From contig JBCCHT010000002.1 in the NCBI GenBank assembly GCA_039028615.1, forward strand, positions 352,001-416,000: DNA of 64,000 nt, in the 5' to 3' direction. The notes beneath the pieces were generated by a model, which was not told the DNA's origin, did not search any database, and saw only the letters and a list, made by a program, of their open reading frames with translations. The first letter of the stretch is position 1; every line of letters begins with the position of its first letter. The translations under genes and the position numbers were made by a program. This document shows positions 29,941-41,830 of this stretch, one piece after another. The DNA is from Myxococcota bacterium. Its GTDB lineage: Bacteria; Myxococcota_A; Polyangia; Nannocystales; Nannocystaceae.

Positions 29941-30630
29941 GTGCAGGATCCGGGGCAAAAGTCATCGCCCAACGCGCTGCGGGAACTCGACGACTGGACC
30001 CTGTGGGAGCGCTGGCGGGACAACGATCGGCGGGCGGCCACCGTCCTGGTCGAGCGTTACTCCGGCATGCTCCATCGGTTCTTCCGCAACAAGGTGTGGG
30101 ACACCGAGGACGCGACCGAGCTCATCTCCGAGACGCTGCTCGGCTGCGTCGGTGCGCTCGACCGAGCGGAGCCCACCGGGCCGTTCCGGTCGTTCTTGTT
30201 CGCGATCGCGATGAACACCCTTCGTCGCTACATCCGGGTCACGTTCAAGCGGAAGCAAGAGGTCGAAGACTTCGACGAAGTCTGCGTGGGCGACATCGAC
30301 GACACGCCCAGTGCGTTCGTGTCCCGCAACTCCGAGACGCGGCTGTTGGTTCGTGCACTGCGACGACTACCGATGAAGTTCCAGATCGTGCTGGAGCTGC
30401 AGTTCTTCGAGCAGATGTCGGGCGCCGAAATCTCCGAGCTGCTCGGCATGCCGGCCGCGACCGTCTACACCCGGCAACGACGTGCACGGGCCAAGCTCCG
30501 CACCATCGTCGAGGACCTCGCCTCCACGCCCAGCGTCGCCCACTCGACGATGATGGGAATCGAGACGTGGGCCCATCAGGTGCGGGCGCAGCTCGAACCT
30601 CCGGCCGACGACGACGACGAACAAAGCTAG
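29941..30630 (+). CDS. ECF RNA polymerase sigma factor
   Basis: Region 2 LHRFFRNK...FRSFLFAIAMN; region 4 ALRRLP...LEL..EQMSGAEISELLGMPAATVYTR..RAR. Confidence 0.9.
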   Translation: MQDPGQKSSPNALRELDDWTLWERWRDNDRRAATVLVERYSGMLHRFFRNKVWDTEDATELISETLLGCVGALDRAEPTGPFRSFLFAIAMNTLRRYIRVTFKRKQEVEDFDEVCVGDIDDTPSAFVSRNSETRLLVRALRRLPMKFQIVLELQFFEQMSGAEISELLGMPAATVYTRQRRARAKLRTIVEDLASTPSVAHSTMMGIETWAHQVRAQLEPPADDDDEQS

Positions 30631-30897
30631 TATTTTCGGGGCGTTGAACGCCGCGTCGGCTCGCGAAGAGCAGCGCGGTGTTCCGGGGTTCGGTCCCGAC
30701 TTCGACCCATCGGCGGCATGTCGAACACTGCCGGTTGGCCGGAGCAGCGGCGGCGGAACATCATGTTCGTCGACGCCGCCGTCCGGTCCCTCCCGATGCC
30801 GCACCGAGCGCTGGTACGTGAAGGTGCGTGCGTTCCCCATTCCCGCGCGCATGACGTACCCTCGTCGGGGCATCGAGCCTTCGTCTTCGTTCCAACG

Positions 30898-31704
30898 ATG
30901 GATGCACAGATCAAAAACCACCTCGCCGCGGGTCGCGAGCTGTACCAAGCCGGCGACTACGAAGGCGCACGAGCGCACCTCGAGGCGGTTCGCGAAGCCC
31001 ACGATGGCTTCGCCGACGTGCACAACATGCTCGGCTACATCCACTCCGAGCAAGGTCGCCCGGAGCAGGCCTGCGAAGCGTTCGAACGCGCGCTGGCCAT
31101 CAACCCGCACTACACCGAGGCGACGCTGAACCTGGCCGTGCTCTACAACGAGCTCGGGCGCTACGACGAAGGGCGCAAGCTCTACGAACAGGCTCACAAC
31201 TCGCGCGGCTCGGGGGGACTCGAGGAGCTCGAGCCCTTGGCCCGCGGCAAGATCGCCAACATGCACCGCGACCTCGCCGACGCCTACCTCGCGGTGGGAC
31301 TGGCCGACCACGCGATCAAAGAGCTGCAGAAGGCGCTGCGGGTGTGTCCTACCTTCGTCGACATACGGACGATGCTGGCCAACACCCTGCGGGAAGCCGG
31401 CCGCTTCGCGCAGTCGCTCGACGAGTTCCAAGCCATCTGCGACCTGTCGCCCGACTACCTACCCGCGCGTACCCACTACGGGGTCACGCTGTGGCGGGTG
31501 GGTCGAATCGCAGAGGCGCGTGCGCAGTGGCAAGAGGTGATGGAGCGCGATCCAGGGAACCGTAGCTGCCAGGTCTACTTGAAGATGACCGATGGGCAGA
31601 CCGATGCCCCCGTCGAGGTCGAACAGAGCGACGACGACGCCGACGAGGCCGACGCGTCCGAGGACTCACCCGAAGACGACGGCGAAGATCACGAGTCCGA
31701 GTAG
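30898..31704 (+). CDS. tetratricopeptide repeat protein
   Basis: FADVHNMLG, FERALAINPHYTEA, ELQKAL.VCP.FVD, PDYLPAR TPR units. Start ATG 30898. Confidence 0.85.
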   Translation: MDAQIKNHLAAGRELYQAGDYEGARAHLEAVREAHDGFADVHNMLGYIHSEQGRPEQACEAFERALAINPHYTEATLNLAVLYNELGRYDEGRKLYEQAHNSRGSGGLEELEPLARGKIANMHRDLADAYLAVGLADHAIKELQKALRVCPTFVDIRTMLANTLREAGRFAQSLDEFQAICDLSPDYLPARTHYGVTLWRVGRIAEARAQWQEVMERDPGNRSCQVYLKMTDGQTDAPVEVEQSDDDADEADASEDSPEDDGEDHESE

Positions 31705-31750
31705 CCCCAGACCTGCCCGGCGCGGAGCCGATGGCATACCCTCCCATCGA

Positions 31751-33469
<1,719 letters not shown>

Positions 33470-33473
33470 CGCC

Positions 33474-36449
33474 CTACTGGGCCAGGAACGCCTCGATCTT
33501 CGCCCGGACCTCGGGATCACCGGTCGCGTAGAACGTCTCGGCGGCGGTCGCCAGCTCGTTGGCCCGGGCTCGATCCCCGCCGCCTCGGGCGAGCGCCTGG
33601 GCCAGCGTCCACTCGGCCTCGGCCCGAAGCTCGGGCACACCGACGCGCGCCGACCGGATGCGTAGCGCTCGAGTGGCGGGCTCGATCGCCGCGGCGGCAT
33701 CGCCCAACGCCAGCTGGGCCGCCGCGATCCCGACCAATCCGTACGAGACGTCGAGATGGTCGGGCTCGTGTACGGCCGTCGCCACGGCCGAGGACCGCTT
33801 CGCCGCCGCCAGCGACTCGGCGTGTCGCCCCAACCCGGCGAGCGCCTGGGCCAGGTTCGCGTGCGCGATCACCAGGTGGGGATGCTCGGCCCCGTGCGTC
33901 TGCTCGAGCAACGCCATCGCCTCACGGTGGTGCCCCAGCGCGGCCTCGAAGTCGCCCATACTCAGCTCGGCCGTCCCCAGGTTCGACAACAAGATGCCGC
34001 GCACGGGGTGCTCGGGCGGCAGCGAGGCGTCGACGATGGCGAGCGCACGCCCGTAGGCTCCCGCCGCCCCCTCGGCGTCCCCCAGCACGTCGTAGACCAT
34101 CCCGAGGTTGCTCAGCATGGGCATCAAGTCCACGTGCTCGCGGCCGAGCGCCTTTTCGACCTCGGCCACGCTGCGCTCGATCATGGGGCGAGCGTCGGCG
34201 CTGCGTCCCTGCTCGTGCAGCATGAGTGCCACGCTCATGCGAGCGGCCGCCACCGCGGGGTGCCCCGGGGGAAAGCTCTTTCGCGCCACGGCCAGCCCAC
34301 GCCGCTGGATCTCCGCCGCTTCCTCGATGGCCCCGACCCGCCGCAGGTTCTCGGCCAAGCCGCCCAGCGCCCCGACCATCTTCGGGTGCTCGACGCCCAG
34401 CGCCGCGCCCAAGCGCTCGACGCCCTGCCGCGCCAGGTCGACCGCCTCGTCGTAGTCTCCACGCTCGCGATGGATGCTCGCCAAGGTCGCCGCGACCTCG
34501 GCCATCCCGGGGTGTCGTGCGCCCAGGCTGGCCTCGCCCGCGGCGGAGGCCTGCTCGGCCAAGCGCAGCGCATCGTCGAAGCGCCCGTCGTCGCGCGACA
34601 GCTTCGCCAGCATGTGCTTGGCCTGGAAGATCTGCGGGTCGTCGTCCTTCACCCCGGACCGACGAGCCAGGGCCAAGGACAGCTCGATCCACCACGCGCC
34701 CTTGGCCGCGGCTCGCTGACGCACGCCGATGACGGTGGCGAGGTCGGCCGCCAGCACGCTCGCCAGGTGGACCGACCCTCCTTCCATGGCGAGCACGAAC
34801 ACCCGGCGATACCCCTGCTCGGCCTGCTCGTAGCGCTGCTCGAGCTCGTCGATGCGCGCGAGCATCTGCCCGGCTCGCACCACCCCTCGACCGAAGTCGA
34901 TGGCCCCCGCGTCCGCCTGCGTCCGCTCCAGGGTCTCGCGAGCCGCCTCGCGGCGACCCGCGAGCAGATCGCCCTGCGCTTTCGCCAGCGCCGCCTCCAA
35001 CGCGCGGCGCTGTGCCCCTTGCTGGGGGTCTCCGAGCTCGACGGGCAGGTGATCGAGATAGCGCTCGTCCACGCAAGAGTCGAGTAGAGGCAGCGCGGAG
35101 GTCATCGCCACCGCGCCATCCACGATCCCCGCGTCGGCTTCGGCCAGCACCTCGATCGTCGCGGCGAAGCGCTGGCGACGTTCCTCCAGGCATACCGCCG
35201 AGACCTCGGCCCGCTCTCGATCCCAGCGCCCTTCGATCTGGGTCACCACGCAGGCCGCGGTCCGGGCCTCGGCCCACCCCTTCGCCGTACGGTCGAGCCA
35301 GGGCTCGATGCGCTCGACGGTGTCCCGCGCCCGCGGCAGGCCCGTGGCCAGCAGGCCCTCCGAGGTTCGCCGTCTGGCCTCGTCGTTCCACACCTCGTCG
35401 ATGGAGGCCCCTTCGCGCTCGCAAGCCTCGACCGCCCGGGCATGCAACAGACGCTCGCCGCCGACCAACCCGCCGACCAGGGCCGCGCCCCCGATCACCA
35501 GCCCCACGCGGCGACGCGTCCGCGAGGGGTCTCGGGACAGCTCCAGCAACAACGCGCCCATGTCCGGCCAGCGCTGCTCCGGTCGCAGCGCGAGTCCACG
35601 ACGCAGCGCCGCGCGTACGTGGGCCCCGACCTTGATGTTCGTCGGCTCACGAAGCTCCCCCGCCGTGACGTTGGCCGCCAGCTCGGCGAGGGTGTCTCCA
35701 CCGAACGGGTGCTGCCCGAACAGCGCGCTCCACAGCGCGACACAGAACGAGAACTGGTCCGTCTGCGCCGTCAGCTCGGCTTCGGCGAACTGCTCGGGCG
35801 CCATGAATCGCGGCGTGCCGGCCAGCGCCCCGCCGGTCTGGGCCGTGCTCGCATCGTCGACCTCGGCCAGCTCGTTCACCGACCGAATGCGCTGCGCCAG
35901 CCCGAAGTCCATCACTTGCGCGCGTGGAACCGAGATGGGGCCATCCGCCCCGATCATCACGTTGTCCGGCTTGAAGTCCCGGTGGACCAGGCCGCGCTGG
36001 TGGGCGGCCGCCAGCCCGTGTCCCGCTTGCACGAACACGTCGAGGATCTCGCGGACGCTCCGCTCGCCACGCGAGCACCACGCGGCCAGCGTGACGCCCT
36101 CCACGAAGTCCATCGCCAAGAACACCCGGCCGCGCTCGATCCCCACGTCGTGGATGGCCACGACGTTGGGGTGACTGACCCGCGCGAGCGCCTGGGCCTC
36201 GGACAAGAGGCTCTCGGCCGCGGGCGTCGGGGTCCCACCACCGGTCGGCGCCAGCAGCTTCACGGCGACCTTGCGATCGAGCTGCGGATCGTAGGCCGAG
36301 TACACGACCCCCATGCCTCCGCGCCCGACCCGCTCGATGAGCACATAGCGACCGATGCTGGCCCCGACCTCGAGGGCAGGCTCCAGGGGCGCTCGCAGGC
36401 TGCCCTGTTCCCCCACCTGGGTCTCGTCGCCACTCGACGCGTGACTCAC
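33474..36449 (-). CDS. Ser/Thr protein kinase with TM segment and TPR repeats
   Basis: VGRGGMGVV, VAVK, HRDFKPDN, DFG, GTPRFMAPE; HP-x-x-A..SNLG TPR repeats. Start uncertain. Confidence 0.9.
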   Translation of the reverse strand: MSHASSGDETQVGEQGSLRAPLEPALEVGASIGRYVLIERVGRGGMGVVYSAYDPQLDRKVAVKLLAPTGGGTPTPAAESLLSEAQALARVSHPNVVAIHDVGIERGRVFLAMDFVEGVTLAAWCSRGERSVREILDVFVQAGHGLAAAHQRGLVHRDFKPDNVMIGADGPISVPRAQVMDFGLAQRIRSVNELAEVDDASTAQTGGALAGTPRFMAPEQFAEAELTAQTDQFSFCVALWSALFGQHPFGGDTLAELAANVTAGELREPTNIKVGAHVRAALRRGLALRPEQRWPDMGALLLELSRDPSRTRRRVGLVIGGAALVGGLVGGERLLHARAVEACEREGASIDEVWNDEARRRTSEGLLATGLPRARDTVERIEPWLDRTAKGWAEARTAACVVTQIEGRWDRERAEVSAVCLEERRQRFAATIEVLAEADAGIVDGAVAMTSALPLLDSCVDERYLDHLPVELGDPQQGAQRRALEAALAKAQGDLLAGRREAARETLERTQADAGAIDFGRGVVRAGQMLARIDELEQRYEQAEQGYRRVFVLAMEGGSVHLASVLAADLATVIGVRQRAAAKGAWWIELSLALARRSGVKDDDPQIFQAKHMLAKLSRDDGRFDDALRLAEQASAAGEASLGARHPGMAEVAATLASIHRERGDYDEAVDLARQGVERLGAALGVEHPKMVGALGGLAENLRRVGAIEEAAEIQRRGLAVARKSFPPGHPAVAAARMSVALMLHEQGRSADARPMIERSVAEVEKALGREHVDLMPMLSNLGMVYDVLGDAEGAAGAYGRALAIVDASLPPEHPVRGILLSNLGTAELSMGDFEAALGHHREAMALLEQTHGAEHPHLVIAHANLAQALAGLGRHAESLAAAKRSSAVATAVHEPDHLDVSYGLVGIAAAQLALGDAAAAIEPATRALRIRSARVGVPELRAEAEWTLAQALARGGGDRARANELATAAETFYATGDPEVRAKIEAFLAQ

Positions 36450-36543
36450 CTCGAAGAGCCTACCAAGACCCCCGACGACCCATGCACCCCGAGGAGGTCC
36501 AGGCCGGGACAGCGAGCGGGCAACACCCCTGGTACAAGTCCGC

Positions 36544-38190
36544 ATGAGCGGAGCACGCAAGGCCGCGCCTCCGGTCACGCTCGAGCGCTGCCGCGACCCC
36601 GGCTTCACTCCCGGAGTTCGCGACGTCCCGGCGTTACTCGAGCTGTGGACCAGCCTGCGGGACAGCGGCCAGCGCAAGGCAGCGGACCACGTCGTCAAGG
36701 CGCTCGCGCGAGCGGACGACGGCGTCGCCCGGGTGCTCCTCCGCGACTTCGAGACGGCCCCGGCCGATCACCGCACGCTGACGGTACGGGCCCTGTCGCG
36801 CCTGTCGTCGCGGCTCACCCTGCCCGACTGGCCCGACCTCGTCGCTCGCGCGCTGCGGGACTGGGAGCCACGGGTGGTGAGGGAAGCCGCGCGGGCGGTG
36901 GGCAAGCTCGACGACCCCGACCCCGCGACCTACGAAGGCCCGCTGCTGACGATCTACGAGGGCGCTGCCCTTCCCGAGCGACGTGCCGCCATCGAGGCGC
37001 TGGGCCGCATTGCCGGGCCTCACCTGTGCGAGCGCATCGAAGCCACCCCCTGCGACGATGCGGATCTCGAACGTCGCCGGGCCGAAGCGCTGACCCTCAT
37101 CACTCGTCGGGCCGATCGCGAGACCCCGGGGCGCATCGTCCCCTCCGCGGCCCTGCCCGAGCCCACCCTCGTGTGGCTACGCGGTCGCGAGGGAGTCAGC
37201 CATACCGTCGCCGACCAAGCCGAGCGCCGACTCCAGGCCCTGAGCCCGCACGGCCTGAGCATCGAGATCGTGGGCGACGACACCGTCGAGCTACGCTGGG
37301 CCGGCGACCTCGAGGCCCTGTATCGAGTCCGAAGCGCCATCGAGGTCGCCCTGGTGTTTCCCCTCCCGGCGGGCGCAGACCTGGTGTCGCGGATCGTCGA
37401 GGGGCTCGAGCAACCCGCGCTGCTCGCAGCCTTGGCCGCGTGGACCGAAGGCCGCCCGCGCTTCCGCCTGAGCCTGGCCTCGGGCGGACGTCGCCGCGCC
37501 GACCTGTGGTCGGTGGCCCGCCGCATCGCCTCGCGCAACAGCCCGCTCGTCAACGACAGCCGCGAAGTGTGCTGGACGGTCGAAGTCGACGAAGCGGGCG
37601 GGCGCCTGTTGTGCCTGCCCCGCGAGGCCGACCCCCGCTTCCGCTATCGCAAGGCCGACGTGCCCGCGGCCACCCACCCCACCTTGGCCGCCCTGCTCGC
37701 GTGGGCCGGGCAGCCACGCTTCGGCGAAGTGGTGTGGGACCCCTTTTGCGGCAGCGGCTCGGAGCTGGTCGAGTGCGCCCGCATGCAGCCCGGCTTGCAC
37801 CTGTGCGGCACGGACACCAGCGCGGCCGCGATCGCGGCCGCCCGTCAGAACTTCGAGGCGGCACAGCTGGACGTCGACAGCGTCGAGCTCATCCAGGGCA
37901 GCGCGATCGACCAACGCCCCTCGCACGTGCCGGTCTCCTTGATCGTCTCGAACCCCCCGATGGGCCGCCGCGTGATGGTCGACGGCACCGGAATGCGCCA
38001 GCTGCTGCAGGACTTCGTCGCCCGGGCGGCCCAGCTGCTCGCGCCCGGGGGCCGGGTGGTGTGGCTGTCGCCCGCCCCCCGATCGACCGCGCACGCGGCC
38101 GAACAGCTCGGCATGTCGGCCGAAGACTTGCCCGCGGTGGACATGGGCGGGTTCACGGCAACCCCGCAGATCCTCCGCAAGCCGCTTTGA
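36544..38190 (+). CDS. HEAT-repeat + SAM-dependent methyltransferase (RlmL/Trm11-like)
   Basis: N-terminal DWEPRVVREAARAVG and ERRAAIEALG HEAT-like units; RFRYR, WDPFCGSG, SNPPMG. Confidence 0.75.
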   Translation: MSGARKAAPPVTLERCRDPGFTPGVRDVPALLELWTSLRDSGQRKAADHVVKALARADDGVARVLLRDFETAPADHRTLTVRALSRLSSRLTLPDWPDLVARALRDWEPRVVREAARAVGKLDDPDPATYEGPLLTIYEGAALPERRAAIEALGRIAGPHLCERIEATPCDDADLERRRAEALTLITRRADRETPGRIVPSAALPEPTLVWLRGREGVSHTVADQAERRLQALSPHGLSIEIVGDDTVELRWAGDLEALYRVRSAIEVALVFPLPAGADLVSRIVEGLEQPALLAALAAWTEGRPRFRLSLASGGRRRADLWSVARRIASRNSPLVNDSREVCWTVEVDEAGGRLLCLPREADPRFRYRKADVPAATHPTLAALLAWAGQPRFGEVVWDPFCGSGSELVECARMQPGLHLCGTDTSAAAIAAARQNFEAAQLDVDSVELIQGSAIDQRPSHVPVSLIVSNPPMGRRVMVDGTGMRQLLQDFVARAAQLLAPGGRVVWLSPAPRSTAHAAEQLGMSAEDLPAVDMGGFTATPQILRKPL

Positions 38191-38421
38191 GAATGTAGGT
38201 CCCAACCCTTCAATGCGCCGCGTCCTGCGCTAGGTCCGGGCTCCAGCGCGTTCGCGCGGGCGAATCGAGGTGGGCGATCCAGCGCACGAACGTCGACCGA
38301 GGCCCGCTGGCGTCGCATGGCCTCGCACGCGGATGCGGGCTGACACGCCGTCCACGGCCGCTTTGCCGGCCTCCACTGGCCGCGGTACGAGGTTTCCGCT
38401 ACCTTTTCGCGCGCTCGTACG

Positions 38422-39069
38422 ATGAGTTTGACAGAAGAATTCCTCAAGTTTTCGCTGCTCGGGGCGGAGTGGGTCCTTTGGCTACTCGTCGTGCTCAGCG
38501 TCCTCAGCGTCTACGTCATGATCGAGCGGGCGCTGTTCTTCCGCGGGGTCTCCGGGGCCGACGCGGAGCTCCGACGCAAGCTGCTGTCCCAGCTGTCCGA
38601 GGGCGACCGAGAGGGCGCCGCCAAGACGGTCAAGGACGCCAACGGCCCGGGTGGCCGCATGGTCCGCGAGATGCTCGGTCAGGCCGAGCACGGCAGCGAG
38701 GCCATCGAGGCCGCCCTCAATGCGGTGCGCCCCGAAGAGCGCGTGCGGTTGGGCAAGAACCTCAGCTTCCTCGGCACCCTGGGCTCCAACGCTCCCTTCA
38801 TCGGCCTGTTCGGTACCGTCCTCGGCATCATCAAGGCCTTCAAGGACCTCGCCGAGTCCGGGCTCAAGCCGGGCGGCGAGACGAGCACCGAGGTCATGGC
38901 CGGTATCTCCGAGGCCCTGGTCGCCACCGCGGTCGGCCTGCTCGTCGCCATCCCGGCCGTCGTCGCCTACAACATCTTCCAGCGCCGCGTGAAGCGAACG
39001 CTGGGCGAGGCCGAGAGCCTGGCCAACACCGCTCGCTCGCTCATCGCGGGCCGCGACGAGGAGAAGTAG
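38422..39069 (+). CDS. exbB: MotA/TolQ/ExbB proton channel protein
   Basis: LGTLGSNAPFIGLFGTVLGII, GISEALVATAVGLLVAIPA. Confidence 0.9.
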   Translation: MSLTEEFLKFSLLGAEWVLWLLVVLSVLSVYVMIERALFFRGVSGADAELRRKLLSQLSEGDREGAAKTVKDANGPGGRMVREMLGQAEHGSEAIEAALNAVRPEERVRLGKNLSFLGTLGSNAPFIGLFGTVLGIIKAFKDLAESGLKPGGETSTEVMAGISEALVATAVGLLVAIPAVVAYNIFQRRVKRTLGEAESLANTARSLIAGRDEEK

Positions 39070-39073
39070 ACCC

Positions 39074-39508
39074 ATGGCAGGCGGGGCCGACTTCGACGAC
39101 GAGGGTGAGATCACCGGGATCAACGTGACCCCGCTGGTCGACGTGGTCCTCGTGCTGCTCATCATCTTCATGGTGACGACGTCGATCATCACCAACCCCG
39201 AGGGGCTGCGGGTCGACAAGCCCGAGGCGGCCAGCGGCGAGTCGGTCGATCGACTCAGCGTGCTGCTCGTGTGCCGCCGCGACGGGTCCACCGCGGTCGA
39301 CGGCGTCGAGGTCGAGACCGACGCCGAGATCCGGGCCGAGATCAAAAAGAAGCTCAAGCAAGACCCCGATCTCCAGGGGATCGTTCAGTGTGACACCAAG
39401 GCCGAAGTCGGTCGCATGGTCCACCTCATCGATTTGCTCCGGGCCGAGAAGGTGATGAAGTACGCCATCGCCACCGAAAAGCCCCCCAAGGAAGAAGCCG
39501 GCGGTTGA
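39074..39508 (+). CDS. exbD: ExbD/TolR biopolymer transport protein
   Basis: INVTPLVDVVLVLLIIFMV. Confidence 0.9.
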   Translation: MAGGADFDDEGEITGINVTPLVDVVLVLLIIFMVTTSIITNPEGLRVDKPEAASGESVDRLSVLLVCRRDGSTAVDGVEVETDAEIRAEIKKKLKQDPDLQGIVQCDTKAEVGRMVHLIDLLRAEKVMKYAIATEKPPKEEAGG

Positions 39509-40362
39509 GCCTCCACTCCCAGTTCGACGAACAAGACGAGTCACCCGGACGGTGGCCGCTCTTTCTGTTCGTCGCGTCCGTGGCCTTCCACGTGGCGATC
39601 TTCTACACGCTCCACGAGATGCCGGAGCCCGAGGCGGACTACAAGCCGACGATCTACGAGGTCGCGGTGGTCGATCCCCCGGAGCCCGAGCCGGAGCCCG
39701 AACCCGAGCCGGAGCCTGAACCCGAGCCGGAGCCCGAACCCGAGCCGGAGCCTGAACCCGAGCCGGAGCCGGAGCCCGAGATCAAGCCTCCGCCCAAGCA
39801 GAAGCCGCCTCCCAAGAAGCAGCCGCCCAAGCAGCCGCCGCCCGCCGACGAGCTGCCGCCGCCGCCCAAGTTCCGCCTGCCCACCGACCAGACCGTTCCG
39901 TCCGGCACGGGCAGCCCCGTCTCCGTCAACGCAGGCGGCACCACGACCCCGACGACCGGCGGCTACACCAAGGGTTCCGACGACGGCAAACCCGGCGGCA
40001 AGAAGGGCAGCAAGGGCAAAGGCACCGGGGGCACCGGGGACGCGCCCACCGGTCCCAAGTGGGCGCCCAAGAGCGACATCTACATCAAGAAGTTGCCGCT
40101 GCCCAAGAAGCGCCCGCCCAAGCTCCAGTGTCCGGCCAGCCGCGACCAGGGGATCTTCGGCACCGTCGTGCTCAGCATCGACGTCCGCACCGACGGCACC
40201 ATTCGCCGGGTCCGCGTGATCCGAGGCATCGGGGGCGGCTGCGACGCCATCGCCAAGAAGGCGATCAAGAAGATGACCCTCAGCCCCGCGATGGGCACCG
40301 ATGGCAAGAAGGCCGACTACGCCGGCCTCCGCTACGAGTACGTGTTCGACCCGCCGAGCTGA
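39505..40362 (+). CDS. tonB: TonB family energy transducer
   Basis: TM segment with SxxxH (SVAFH), Pro-Glu/Pro-Lys spacer, C-terminal GTVVLSIDV..DG TonB_C-like domain. TTG start overlaps the exbD stop. Confidence 0.85.
   Translation: MSLHSQFDEQDESPGRWPLFLFVASVAFHVAIFYTLHEMPEPEADYKPTIYEVAVVDPPEPEPEPEPEPEPEPEPEPEPEPEPEPEPEPEPEIKPPPKQKPPPKKQPPKQPPPADELPPPPKFRLPTDQTVPSGTGSPVSVNAGGTTTPTTGGYTKGSDDGKPGGKKGSKGKGTGGTGDAPTGPKWAPKSDIYIKKLPLPKKRPPKLQCPASRDQGIFGTVVLSIDVRTDGTIRRVRVIRGIGGGCDAIAKKAIKKMTLSPAMGTDGKKADYAGLRYEYVFDPPS
39679..39780 (+). repeat. (Pro-Glu)17 coding microsatellite (CCNGAR)
   Basis: 102 nt of CCG/CCC/CCT-GAG/GAA hexamers inside tonB. Confidence 0.9.
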
Positions 40363-40383
40363 CCCTGCGTCGCCCCGGCTCGC

Positions 40384-41754
40384 TCAGCGCTCGTCGGCCC
40401 CGATGTCGGGCCGCTCGTCGCGGAGCTGCCCGTCGATGTCGTAGAGCACGGCGTCGTCTCCCAGCTGCACACCCGCGTCGATCGCCGACGCCCCGTCGAT
40501 GAGGTGGACGTCGCCCCCGAGCGGATCGACGAACTCGTTGAGCTCGGCCAGCAGGTTGCCCGCGACCGGCACCCCGGCGTCGTCGCGATCGAGGATCTCG
40601 TTGGTCACCAGGTTGTTGACCACCCGCGCCTGCGTGTTGGGGAAGCGGTACTCGATGGAGTTGTAGGTCTCGATGGCGGAGACCACCGTGTTGTGCACCA
40701 CCGTCGCCCCGCACACGTTCCACAGCCCGATGCCGGTGTCGAAGCCCACCTCGGAGGCAGCGATGCCCGTGCCCGTGGCCATGACCATGTTGTTGCGCAC
40801 CACCCCGCCCTGGTGGTCGAAATAGGAATCCCCGCAGGGGCTGTCGTCGAAGCTCCGCCGCGGCTCGGCGTCCTCCCACAACCCGAGGATGATGCCCTGG
40901 GTGCAGTCTTGCACCACGTTGTGCTCGACCACGGTGTGGGCCGAGGTCTCGAGGAAGCGAATGCCCGCCCCGCCGTAGCCGGTGGAGCACCACATGCCTT
41001 CGATGTAGTTGTCGCGGATCGTCCAGCCGAAGGTCGCGAAGCCGGCCACGGCCGAGACCCCGTCGCACGCTTCGCCCAGCTCCTGGCGCCCCTCGTCGGT
41101 CAGCTCGATGGTGGAGCAAGCCAGGGTGCCGTCGTCGGCAGGGAACTCGGCGTAGCTCGGGTTGACCTTGAACGCCGCCGCGATCGGGTCGATGAGGTGC
41201 AAGCGATAGCCCTGCACCCGGTCCGCTGCGGCCGTTTCCGAGCCGGTCACGTGCACGAGGTGATCGGTGGGCCGGGCCAGGGTCAGCTCGGCCACCATCA
41301 CGTCGGACTGCTGAATGGTGAAGATGGTCGACGCCAGGCGCTGGCCATCGATGAGCACGTCCTCGGGCTGCCCCGTCGACGACCGCACGGTGATGCCCGG
41401 AGCGTTGGGATAAAGCGCCCGATCGATGAGGTAGGTGCCCGGGGTGAGCACGACGGTGCTGCCTTCGGGCGCAGCCTCGACGATGTCCGGCAGCTCTGCC
41501 GCCTGCTCGGGCCCGACCGTGATCACGGTGCCGGTCGGCGGCGGCAGAGGAGCGCAGGGATCCGGCCGCGGTCCTCCCGGCTCGCCCGGGCCTCCGCTCT
41601 CGTCGGCCCCGCCGCTGTCGAACCCGGTGCCCGAGTCGGCGATGGGCCCCGGCCCGGTGTCCGTGCCCGAGCCCGCCGTCGCGTCGGGATCGAAGAGCGG
41701 ATTGATCTCGCAACCCGCCAACGCGAGCGCGAATATGGCCGACCAGCGCCTCAT
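40384..41754 (-). CDS. lipoprotein with right-handed parallel beta-helix domain
   Basis: LALAGC lipobox; LTPGTY, WTIRDNYI, VVEHNVV, VVRNNMV, VVHNTVV; PDIGADE end. Start ATG 41754. Confidence 0.8.
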   Translation of the reverse strand: MRRWSAIFALALAGCEINPLFDPDATAGSGTDTGPGPIADSGTGFDSGGADESGGPGEPGGPRPDPCAPLPPPTGTVITVGPEQAAELPDIVEAAPEGSTVVLTPGTYLIDRALYPNAPGITVRSSTGQPEDVLIDGQRLASTIFTIQQSDVMVAELTLARPTDHLVHVTGSETAAADRVQGYRLHLIDPIAAAFKVNPSYAEFPADDGTLACSTIELTDEGRQELGEACDGVSAVAGFATFGWTIRDNYIEGMWCSTGYGGAGIRFLETSAHTVVEHNVVQDCTQGIILGLWEDAEPRRSFDDSPCGDSYFDHQGGVVRNNMVMATGTGIAASEVGFDTGIGLWNVCGATVVHNTVVSAIETYNSIEYRFPNTQARVVNNLVTNEILDRDDAGVPVAGNLLAELNEFVDPLGGDVHLIDGASAIDAGVQLGDDAVLYDIDGQLRDERPDIGADER

Positions 41755-41830
41755 CGACAGCTCCGTCGACAGGGTACCCATGGGGCCCGACGCCGCCAAC
41801 CGGTGCGATCGTCGCGCCCGGGATTGGAGG

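Noticed and set aside
35442..38198. 918-aa R/P/G-rich ORF spanning the kinase and methyltransferase
   Set aside because: Low-complexity off-frame translation overlapping two well-supported genes.
39679..39780. Regular repeat that could be mistaken for a CRISPR or satellite array
   Set aside because: 6-bp coding repeat for the TonB Pro-Glu spacer; no unique spacers and no cas genes.
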